A stretch of 15,937 nucleotides of DNA from assembly GCA_046758365.1 (NCBI GenBank), contig JBHIAC010000074.1, positions 1 through 15,937 of the forward strand, given 5' to 3'. This document shows positions 1 through 7,210 of the stretch, one piece after another. The notes under the pieces are model-generated. The model was not told where the DNA came from. It made no database searches and saw nothing but the letters and a program-made list of their open reading frames with translations. A program made the translations under genes and the position numbers. Position 1 is the first letter of the stretch. Every line of letters begins with the position of its first letter. The stretch comes from a bacterium. Lineage in GTDB: Bacteria; Zhuqueibacterota; Zhuqueibacteria; Oceanimicrobiales; Oceanimicrobiaceae.

Positions 1-283
1 CCAAATCAGACTTTTATGGCCAGTTGGCCACTGGCCGCATCAATATCTTCTCCTTTACTCCAGTGGATGGTTACAGGAGCTTTTAGTTATGCCAAGCTCT
101 CATAAAATCGCAACATACGCTCCTAAGATGGCCGACGAAATATCCCCATGGTGGCGTTGTAGAGAATCAAATTATCTCTTTTTCTCAATATTTGGAACTT
201 TAAACCAAGAAAGAGTACTTTAATGAAAGCCATCGGTTGTTCATTAGTTTAATCAAGTCAGTCTTAAGGCTCGAGGAAAATCA

Positions 284-312
284 TTGACATTTGAGTGGGA
301 AATGGTTACTTT
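284..312 (+). promoter_or_regulatory. sigma70-type promoter for the moxR-DUF58 operon
   Basis: TTGACA (284-289), 17-nt spacer, TACTTT (307-312), about 100 nt upstream of the ATG at 414. Confidence 0.65.
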
Positions 313-413
313 AAATTAGTCAATTATGAAAAGGATAAGATACATTAGAATGGCCAATCTTTTTTGACTTTCGTAACTTGTAAGTTTCAAAGATTAGTAA
401 ATTTGGAGGAGGC

Positions 414-1418
414 ATGGCAGCAACGGCTTTTAAATCAAAGGACGTAGAAATTGTTCAACAGCTAAAAGAAGCACATGATAACATCACTGAAGAAATTGGA
501 AAAATAATTGTCGGACAGAAAAAAGTAATTAAAGAATTACTGATATCTCTGTTAGCCAGAGGTCACTGTTTGTTGATCGGTGTACCGGGTTTGGCTAAGA
601 CTCTTTTAATTAGCACATTGGCGAGAGTTCTAAATCTAAAATTTAACCGAATTCAATTTACACCAGACTTAATGCCCTCAGACATTACCGGCACGGAAAT
701 TATTGAGGAGAATACAACCACAGGTCACAAAGCCTTCAAATTTGTTAAGGGACCTGTTTTTGCAAACATTGTTTTAGCAGATGAAATTAATAGGACACCG
801 CCGAAAACTCAAGCGGCACTCCTTCAGGCTATGCAGGAACACGAGGTATCCGCGGCCGGTACCACCTACATATTGGAAGAACCGTTCTTTGTTCTGGCTA
901 CCCAAAATCCTATTGAACAAGAAGGAACCTATCCCCTACCAGAAGCCCAGTTGGATCGATTTATGTTCAACTTGTGGGTGGACTATCCTTCTCAGCAAGA
1001 AGAGGCGCAAATTGTAAAATCCACCACTAGTGCTTATGAGGCAGAACTCAGTGTGATCTTAAATGCGGTTGAAATTTTAAACCTGCAAAAATTGGTGCGC
1101 CGAGTTCCCGTTGCTGATCATGTCATCGATTATGCCGTAAATTTAGTTCGCAATACCCGGCCTAATTATGATGGTTCGCCAGATTTTATCCGGGATTGGA
1201 TAAGTTGGGGAGCAGGCCCACGGGCCTCACAATATTTGATATTAGGGGCTAAGACCCGCGCTATATTAGATGGACGCCCTACTCCTGAAATTGAAGACGT
1301 GAAAGCGTTGGCCAAGCCCGTGCTCCGCCATCGCTTAGTGACAAATTTTAACGCAGAAGCTGAGGGCATCGGCACAGTCGATGTTGTAGAGCGCCTCTTG
1401 AAAAATGAGGTTAAATAG
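414..1418 (+). CDS. moxR: MoxR-family AAA+ ATPase
   Basis: Walker A GVPGLAKT, RIQFTPDLMPSDITG, Walker B VLADEINRTPPKTQAALL, ATQNPIEQEGTYPLPEAQLDRF, C-terminal GAGPRA lid motif; GGAGGAGG RBS. Confidence 0.95.
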   Translation: MAATAFKSKDVEIVQQLKEAHDNITEEIGKIIVGQKKVIKELLISLLARGHCLLIGVPGLAKTLLISTLARVLNLKFNRIQFTPDLMPSDITGTEIIEENTTTGHKAFKFVKGPVFANIVLADEINRTPPKTQAALLQAMQEHEVSAAGTTYILEEPFFVLATQNPIEQEGTYPLPEAQLDRFMFNLWVDYPSQQEEAQIVKSTTSAYEAELSVILNAVEILNLQKLVRRVPVADHVIDYAVNLVRNTRPNYDGSPDFIRDWISWGAGPRASQYLILGAKTRAILDGRPTPEIEDVKALAKPVLRHRLVTNFNAEAEGIGTVDVVERLLKNEVK

Positions 1419-2330
1419 ATGAAAGTTTCTCAGGTCTCAGACTACCGTAAATATCTCAATCCCGAGTTAGTCTCTAAGCTCGCCTCCATGGATTTAAGAG
1501 CGCGTCTGGTGGTCGAAGGCTTTATTACAGGCCTGCACAAAAGCCCATACCATGGTTTTAGCGTAGAATTCGCTGAACATCGTCAATACATGCCAGGAGA
1601 TGAAATTAAGCACGTGGACTGGAAAGTTTATGGTAAGACCGACCGCTTTTATGTCAAACAGTTTGAAGAAGAAACAAATTTGAAATCGTATATCCTTATG
1701 GATGCTTCTGCCTCTATGGACTATTCTTCTAATGGAATTAACAAATTGCATTATGCCACCTATTTAGCTGGGGCCCTCACTTACTTGATGATACACCAGC
1801 GGGATGCCGTGGGATTGCTTATTTTCGATGAAAATATACGCCGATATCTACCACCTCGATCAGTTACCACCTATTTATATCAAATTTTGAAAGAGTTGGA
1901 CCATACCAATAGTAGTTCAAAGACCAATATAGCTACTGCCCTTCACCAAATGGCTGAACGAATCAAACGACGCGGATTAATTATTCTCTTTTCAGACCTA
2001 TTTGACGAGCCGCAAAAAGTGATTTCTGGACTCAAACATTTTCGACACAAAAAGCACGAAGTCATTGTATTTCACATATTAGACCCTTTGGAACTGTCAT
2101 TTGATTTTGATCAAGACGCGGTTTTTAAAGACATGGAAACTGGGGAAGAAATTAACACGCAACCTTGGCATATCCGTCACGAATATCAAACGCAAGTGGA
2201 AAAATTTATTAATGAATATAAAAAGGTCTGTCGGGAAAATCAGATAGATTACGTTCTACTAAACACCAAAACAAGTTACGACCGCGCCCTATTTGAATAT
2301 CTTCTAAAAAGAAAAAGAATTGGCGGTTAA
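1419..2330 (+). CDS. DUF58 domain protein with vWA-like MIDAS motif (MoxR partner)
   Basis: GLHKSPYHGFSVEFAEHRQYMPGDEIKHVDWK and FEEETN DUF58 signatures, DASASM (DxSxS), ILFSDLF; abuts the moxR stop. Confidence 0.93.
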   Translation: MKVSQVSDYRKYLNPELVSKLASMDLRARLVVEGFITGLHKSPYHGFSVEFAEHRQYMPGDEIKHVDWKVYGKTDRFYVKQFEEETNLKSYILMDASASMDYSSNGINKLHYATYLAGALTYLMIHQRDAVGLLIFDENIRRYLPPRSVTTYLYQILKELDHTNSSSKTNIATALHQMAERIKRRGLIILFSDLFDEPQKVISGLKHFRHKKHEVIVFHILDPLELSFDFDQDAVFKDMETGEEINTQPWHIRHEYQTQVEKFINEYKKVCRENQIDYVLLNTKTSYDRALFEYLLKRKRIGG

Positions 2331-2335
2331 CTGCT

Positions 2336-2423
2336 AAAAAAAGGGCATCGTCAGAGAAAGCGAGTTTTTGGAGTCCGTCTGTGATGCAGGGAGCCTAGCT
2401 CTCTTTTTAAAATGACGATGCCC
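2336..2423 (-). ncRNA. candidate small structured RNA / long-stem terminator (element A)
   Basis: perfect 11-bp IR GGGCATCGTCA (2343-2353) / TGACGATGCCC (2413-2423) enclosing 59 nt of further pairing; T7 tail on the minus strand; possible minus promoter TTGAAT (2470-2465), N18, TAGGCT. Confidence 0.45.
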
Positions 2424-2570
2424 AATTAATTTTTATATTAAGCCTAATTAAAAAGATTATTAAAATTCAAATCACTTACTTAATACACTACAAAAGTTGA
2501 TTTTGAAGAAAAATTATTCATTATTCGCATTTATTCTGATTGAAAAACTATCACCTAACCCATAAATCCC

Positions 2571-2698
2571 GCTGTCATTGGAAGAATCTTATCGTTTGCG
2601 TAGCACGGTACTTTAAATTGTTCGATTTCTTCGTGTGGTTGCCCGTTGGTAACAAGATTCCCCGAAATAAATTCAGGATAAGCCTACGGAATGACAGC
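2571..2698. repeat. GTCATT...GGAATGAC-type palindromic (REP-like) element
   Basis: outer IR GCTGTCATT (2571-2579) / AATGACAGC (2690-2698), inner IR GAATCTT (2584-2590) / AAGATTC (2654-2660), plus CCCGAAATAAATTCAGG hairpin. Confidence 0.55.
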
Positions 2699-2772
2699 CC
2701 CTATCGACCCAGAATTGATTATATTGGTAGAGATAGCTTTCCTTAAGAAACGAAGGTTTGCTATTCGAAGAC

Positions 2773-2961
2773 TTACTCTTTTTTCTTGCTTTCAAAATCT
2801 GAAAATGCCCAGTAACCTAAGATGATCAAGTTTACTGGTGAAATGATGGACAGTATCCCATAAATAATGGGGTTCTTGCCGTGCTTGGCTGCGATCTTGC
2901 CGAAACATACAGCGATATAGACAATCATGAGCAACACAATTGTACCCCCTAAAGTATCCAT
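2773..2961 (-). CDS. small 62-aa membrane protein with two predicted TM segments, unknown function
   Basis: strong RBS AAAGGAGGTG 6 nt before the ATG at 2961 (preferred over the GTG at 2970); MDTLGGTIVLLMIVYIAVCFGKIAAKHGKNPIIYGILSIISPVNLIILGYWAF has two hydrophobic stretches and a basic tail. Confidence 0.75.
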   Translation of the reverse strand: MDTLGGTIVLLMIVYIAVCFGKIAAKHGKNPIIYGILSIISPVNLIILGYWAFSDFESKKKE

Positions 2962-3075
2962 GTTGAACACCTCCTTTCATTACCGAACTTTTGCTTAATG
3001 TTCTGCTTGTTTATGGAGTTGACAAAGGCTATTTAGTGAAGCGTCGCAAACACGCCGTTAACTTCCGTGAGTCAA

Positions 3076-3333
3076 TTAGATAGTTTCTTCTTCATCCGAT
3101 AACTGTTTCCATAATGATTCAACATCTAATTTCTGTGCCCAATGTTCTAAATAATCTATATCATGGGTAGACCTGGGTTCATCTTATAAGCTTGAAATGA
3201 CAGAACCTGTTATCATATAAAAGTTGATTGGCAACTTCAGAAAACTCAAACGCCTTAAGTAATCTTTTTTCAGGTGACATTTGACGAAGTACTTGAATGT
3301 ATATCTTATGATTTGGACGTTTTTAATATTCAT
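3076..3333 (-). pseudogene. collapsed remnant of a small-protein + nucleotidyltransferase-like gene pair
   Basis: GGAG RBS and ATG at 3333; with one extra A it reads MNIKKRPNHKIYIQVLRQMSPEKRLLKAFEFSEVANQL; another frame reads YMITGSVISSL*DEPRSTHDID directly joined to YLEHWAQKLDVESLWKQLSDEEETI*; GS...DID resembles a pol-beta NTase motif; frameshift, internal stop and deletions. Confidence 0.6.
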
Positions 3334-3416
3334 AATCTCCTATAATTTTTTAGTGTTTGTTTAAGTACCCTCATAGCAAAATTTAATAATCTTTCCGAAA
3401 GGTTATTTCTTTTCAC
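3330..3416 (-). pseudogene. N-terminal fragment of a four-helix-bundle (23S rRNA IVP-like) protein
   Basis: GTG-started 28-codon frame MKRNNLSERLLNFAMRVLKQTLKNYRRL*; NLSERLLNFAMRVLK resembles the family N-terminal L.ER...FA.R..K pattern; truncated. Confidence 0.45.
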
Positions 3417-3518
3417 ATTTAGCAGTGGTTATTTCCTCGTCTCAGGAATAATCTTTGGCCACTGTTTTGAGTGTTCATAACATGGGTCTGGCTTGTTCCG
3501 GTGCCGTATAACAGTAAA

Positions 3519-3547
3519 AGCGTACTGAATTAGTAGGAAAATGTCAA
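3519..3547 (-). promoter_or_regulatory. sigma70-type promoter facing the remnants and small membrane gene
   Basis: minus strand TTGACA (3547-3542), 17 nt, TACGCT (3524-3519). Confidence 0.6.
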
Positions 3548-3645
3548 GTGAAAAGTTCACACTTTTGCGTAACAGTGGACTATCTAGAAGTGTGCTCAAG
3601 GGGTTTGCTTTTTAAGGATAATGCTTAAATTTTAATGTTTTATTC

Positions 3646-3750
3646 AAGAGCTCAGCAGCTAGACTTCTGCCAAGTTCGTTAGATCGAACGGTCTGATGAT
3701 GTGAGCGAAGACGACTGACGGTTTGCTGCTGCTAAGATGACGATGCTTTT
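3646..3750 (+). ncRNA. candidate structured ncRNA (element B)
   Basis: GC-rich patch in AT-rich spacer; AAGAGC/GCTTTT closing stem, CAGCAGC-T-AGAC (3653-3664) / GTTT-GCTGCTG (3721-3731), hairpin GTTCG-TTAGAT-CGAAC (3674-3689); G-U wobbles favour the + strand. Confidence 0.4.
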
Positions 3751-3768
3751 AAATTATTAGTAAATTAT

Positions 3769-4674
3769 CTATTTCAATCCAAAGAAATTCTTCACCACAT
3801 AACCAGCTATCTTCGGATTTTCCTTCAGGCGTCTAATTGAATATTCATACCACCTTTGACCATAGGGCACATAGACCCTCAGCCTATGCCCATCTTTTAG
3901 AATAATTCGCCTAAGTTGCTCATCTACTCCAAGAAGCATCTGGAATTCATAATCTTCTTTGGCTAACTTGAGCTCGTCTATAATTTTATAGGAGGCCCAC
4001 ACCAGCTTTTCATCATGTGTGGCTACTCCAACATAATTCCGGTTGCGAAAAAGTTCTTCTACAAGTAAAATAAAATTTGAGTTGATAATTTCCTTATCCT
4101 TATACGCAATATCACGAGGTTCATTATAAATTCCTTTGCATACCCGAACGTTTATCTTTAAGTTATTGTTCATTTGGGCTCGAATATCCTGCAGACTTCT
4201 TCGCAAGTAAGTCTGAATCACAAATCCTACATTTGTAAAATCCTTTTTAAGTTCGCTGTAAACCTTAAGAGTGTCAGTGGTACAGGTGGAGTCTTCCATG
4301 TCTATTCGAACAAAGTTCCCATATTCTTGGGCCTTTTTGACCAGTCTCCGCATATTCTCAAGGCATAAATTCACATCTAATTTAAGGCCCAACATAGTGA
4401 GTTTTACCGAAATGTTAGAATCCAGCTTTTCTTGTTCAATTCTTTGGAGGGCTTTTATATACTCCTGAACAGCCAATTCTACTTCATCTTCCTTGGAAAC
4501 GTGTTCCCCTAAAACGTCCAGAGTTGCACAACACCCTTCTTCATTCAGACTTCTAACCACCCTTACGGCATCATCCAGAGTTGACCCGGCGATGTATCTG
4601 GCTGAAGCGCATCTAACCAAAAATTTGGGAACAAAAGGAATGGTCCAAACTGCTAACTTATCAAAAACACTCAA
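3769..4674 (-). CDS. putB: monofunctional proline dehydrogenase (PutB/ProDH)
   Basis: RYIAG, TLDVLGE, ISVKLTMLGL, FVRIDMEDS, VRVCKGIYNEP, VATHD, EFQMLLGV, RVYVPYG..WY.YSIRRLKENP; TTG start with GAGG RBS. Confidence 0.93.
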   Translation of the reverse strand: MSVFDKLAVWTIPFVPKFLVRCASARYIAGSTLDDAVRVVRSLNEEGCCATLDVLGEHVSKEDEVELAVQEYIKALQRIEQEKLDSNISVKLTMLGLKLDVNLCLENMRRLVKKAQEYGNFVRIDMEDSTCTTDTLKVYSELKKDFTNVGFVIQTYLRRSLQDIRAQMNNNLKINVRVCKGIYNEPRDIAYKDKEIINSNFILLVEELFRNRNYVGVATHDEKLVWASYKIIDELKLAKEDYEFQMLLGVDEQLRRIILKDGHRLRVYVPYGQRWYEYSIRRLKENPKIAGYVVKNFFGLK

Positions 4675-4690
4675 GGCAAGGTACCTCTTT

Positions 4691-4734
4691 TTTCACTAAT
4701 TGAATAATTTCTAATCGAATAATTATTAGTGAAA
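4691..4734. promoter_or_regulatory. operator-like repeat block upstream of putB
   Basis: 10-bp IR TTTCACTAAT (4691-4700) / ATTAGTGAAA (4725-4734) bracketing direct repeats CTAATYGAATAATT (4696-4709, 4711-4724). Confidence 0.4.
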
Positions 4735-4753
4735 TATGGTGTAATTTCCCTCC

Positions 4754-4864
4754 TACTAACCCGGACGAGCCGGAATCAAAACTTTACTAAACTTCCAAAG
4801 TTTAGTAAAGTTACTTCGTAAAAATCTTTGCTTCTTGTGCAAGGATTTTATTCTTAAAGTACTA
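4754..4864. mobile_element. non-autonomous palindromic element (MITE/PATE-like)
   Basis: TACTA direct repeats at 4754-4758 and 4860-4864; perfect 15-bp IR 4780-4794 / 4798-4812; second hairpin 4821-4831 / 4839-4849. Confidence 0.5.
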
Positions 4865-4920
4865 GGCCTTTTCGCAGACTGCACTGCGAAAATGAGGCTG
4901 GCGCAGCCATGGCGAAAAGG

Positions 4921-5038
4921 TAATCCGAAATTCTAAATCCGAAACAAATACGAATGAACAAAATACAAAATTCAAAACAGTTTAGAACATTTGAATTTCG
5001 AGTTTTGAATTTGTTTCGATATTCGAGTTTCGAATTTT
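4921..5038. repeat. palindromic array of degenerate 7-nt repeats (AAATCCG/AAATTCA type)
   Basis: left arm AATCCGAAATTCTAAATCCGAAACAAATACGAAT..AAATTCAAAAC; right arm TTTGAATTTCGAGTTTTGAATTTGTTTCGATATTCGAGTTTCGAATTT; exact IRs 4940-4949 / 5009-5018 and 4968-4978 / 5002-5012. Confidence 0.75.
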
Positions 5039-5099
5039 AATGTGCGTGAACAACTTTGCAAGTTCAACATATCGGCAAAAAATTGTCGATGTACGTTCA

Positions 5100-6074
5100 C
5101 TAAGCGCCTAAAACTTCTGGGTTTACCAAATTAGGTGGTTTGTTATCATTTAGACCCTCTATCAAATTTTGGGCTGCCATACTGGCCATTTTATTTCTGG
5201 TTTCAATTGAAGCGCTGGCGATGTGTGGGGTGAGTACCACGTTTTTTAATTTTAGTAATTGCGGGTGAACTGCGGGTTCATTTTCAAAGACGTCGAGGGC
5301 TGCACCCGCAATGATACCCTTCTTCAACGCCTCGGCCAGCGCAACTTCATCCACGACTGGCCCGCGGCTGGTATTAATGAGATAGGCTGTCTTTTTCATC
5401 ATCCGGAGTGTAGTGGCATTAATCAAATGTTTGGTACTCGGCATCAGAGGAACGTGAATTGAGACAAAATCGGATTCACGCAGCAACGCCTCCACACTCA
5501 CCTTGCGGGCTTCGAGTTCGTTTTCAAGTCGAGGCTTCGGTATCCTGTCTGCGTAGAGTATACACATATTGAAACCACGTGACTTCATGGCCATCGCTTG
5601 GCCGATGCGGCCAGCGCCGATAATCCCTAATGTACGGCCGGTGATATCGCCACCTAGAAACATGAGAGGGCCCCAGCCGTTAAATTTCCCCGCGCGTAAA
5701 AATCTTTCCGATTCCGGAATACGACGCGTAACCGCGAAAAGTAATGCCCAAGCATGATCAGCCGTGGCATCGGTCAATATGCCTGGCGTGTTGGTAACCA
5801 AAACCCCACGAGCCGTAGCTGCCGGTACATCAATGTTATCGAATCCAACCGCCATGTTCGCGACAATCTTCAATTGCGGTCCAGCTGTGTCAAGTAGCTT
5901 AGCATCGATTTTATCAGTCAACAGCGTCAAAAGTGCGTTAGCACCTTTTGCCTTTTCCAGTAATTCTTGACGACTTAGCACCCGGTTTTCAGAGATCATC
6001 TGAAAATCAGGATAAGCCTGGCGTATAACCGCTAAACCAGCTTCAGGAATCGAACGTGTCACGAAAATTTTCAT
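5100..6074 (-). CDS. D-isomer-specific 2-hydroxyacid dehydrogenase (glyoxylate reductase / D-glycerate dehydrogenase, GyaR-like)
   Basis: ANMAVGFDNID, TNTPGILT, Rossmann GIIGAGRIG, LINTSRGPVVDE, AALDVFENEP, LTPHIASAS (catalytic R/E/H); GAGGTG RBS. Confidence 0.93.
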   Translation of the reverse strand: MKIFVTRSIPEAGLAVIRQAYPDFQMISENRVLSRQELLEKAKGANALLTLLTDKIDAKLLDTAGPQLKIVANMAVGFDNIDVPAATARGVLVTNTPGILTDATADHAWALLFAVTRRIPESERFLRAGKFNGWGPLMFLGGDITGRTLGIIGAGRIGQAMAMKSRGFNMCILYADRIPKPRLENELEARKVSVEALLRESDFVSIHVPLMPSTKHLINATTLRMMKKTAYLINTSRGPVVDEVALAEALKKGIIAGAALDVFENEPAVHPQLLKLKNVVLTPHIASASIETRNKMASMAAQNLIEGLNDNKPPNLVNPEVLGA

Positions 6075-6143
6075 CTTGTGTCACCTCTATTTTAAATTTC
6101 GTGAACATCAAACCAATCTTTTCATTCAAGCCTACTACAATTC

Positions 6144-7178
6144 TCATAAATTGATTCCAGGCCAACTATCTAAGGGATCGGTAGAATGGACAACATGCAT
6201 TCCCGCCCCAGCAAACCTCTGGAATGCTAAATCCGCTTGATCGGTATAGTCTATGACTCCTGGCACAACCACTGGAGAAGTACAATCTTCAAGGATATAC
6301 ACTTTCTCTGCCAGCTTCTTATCTTTAACAAAAATGTCTTGCAATAGATCGTCGATAGTCCAAGCCACACAATGACTCTTAGCCTGGCCTGCGATGATAA
6401 TGGCATCAAATTGCAAGAGCTGCTCGAGAAACTTAGTGTTCTTCTTGGCAATCGGCGCTCCTTCATGACCCGCCAACACCTCTGGACCAAGAACAGAATA
6501 GTGCTCAGTTAACGGTTCATTTCCTTTGATTTGAAAATTCGGCTGACTTTTCCGGGCTATGCTATGAAAAAAGATAGCTTCCTCTACAGACGAAACAAGA
6601 GCATGACCAATACCTCCCAACATGGCGTGGTACGGCCATACGGTCAGATCATATTTAGCCCCTTTTTTTAGTGTGTCGGTATAGTGTAGAAGGTGTTGCT
6701 GTCCGTAATCATCGTTGATCTGAAGACTCTGACTTAGTGCAGCATTAAACTTCCAATAACCTTTTTTTACATCTTCCGCAGAAATGAGCGTGTAAGGGGC
6801 TGGATGTTCTCCTTTGTCATTGACCATAAAGATACTGTGGAAAATCTGCATCGGTTGATGTGTATCCATAGTCGGACTGATCACTGTAATCACATCAAGA
6901 TTTCGATATATGAATTCACTCAGCCGTCGATTGTCGTCAATCGCTCCAGTTCCTGAACGTCCACCAACGTATAATTCAAATTCAGGAATACAAAACGTAT
7001 TCTGCACGTCTACTGTCACTAAACAGATTTTGAATTTATCAATAGCTGCAGGTTGAATATTATGATGCTTTGCCCACTTCTCGGCTTCCTCAGCCTGATC
7101 CTGGTAAGGAACTCTCCAAACTTCGCCTACTTTTTTTGGATCATAGTGAGGTGGAATGGGAAGATCATTGTGTGACAT
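6144..7178 (-). CDS. isochorismatase-superfamily cysteine hydrolase, long nicotinamidase-like type
   Basis: VDVQNTFC (catalytic Asp), TMDTH and VWPYHAMLG (metal ligands), IKG (Lys), [10 protein letters not shown] (Cys), ILEDCTS. Confidence 0.85.
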   Translation of the reverse strand: MSHNDLPIPPHYDPKKVGEVWRVPYQDQAEEAEKWAKHHNIQPAAIDKFKICLVTVDVQNTFCIPEFELYVGGRSGTGAIDDNRRLSEFIYRNLDVITVISPTMDTHQPMQIFHSIFMVNDKGEHPAPYTLISAEDVKKGYWKFNAALSQSLQINDDYGQQHLLHYTDTLKKGAKYDLTVWPYHAMLGGIGHALVSSVEEAIFFHSIARKSQPNFQIKGNEPLTEHYSVLGPEVLAGHEGAPIAKKNTKFLEQLLQFDAIIIAGQAKSHCVAWTIDDLLQDIFVKDKKLAEKVYILEDCTSPVVVPGVIDYTDQADLAFQRFAGAGMHVVHSTDPLDSWPGINL

Positions 7179-7210
7179 GGATACTACCTTTTTAGTTAGG
7201 GAAAACTAAA

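Noticed and set aside
1..233. Short minus-strand frames and TGGCCA palindromes at the left edge
   Set aside because: All frames examined stop within about 40 codons and show no recognisable motif; the hairpin at 18-36 is short and lacks context.
781..1751. ORFs 781-1017, 1166-1375 and 1494-1751
   Set aside because: Shadow frames inside moxR and DUF58 with no motifs.
2540..2980. ORFs 2540-2746 (+) and 2792-2980 (-)
   Set aside because: The first is a TTG-start read-through of a palindromic repeat; the second is an alternative frame of the RBS-supported membrane protein.
3548..3562. CRP or Rex site in GTGAAAAGTTCACA
   Set aside because: Half-site spacing is one base short for both consensus sites.
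3668..3718. Canonical hammerhead ribozyme or box C/D guide RNA
   Set aside because: No G10.1-C11.1 stem II pair, GAAG instead of GAAA and a poor stem III; only 15 nt between C and D boxes in a bacterial context. Kept only as an unclassified RNA candidate.
4754..5100. CRISPR array in the repeat-rich intergenic region
   Set aside because: No identical 23-47 nt direct repeats with unique spacers and no cas genes in the window.
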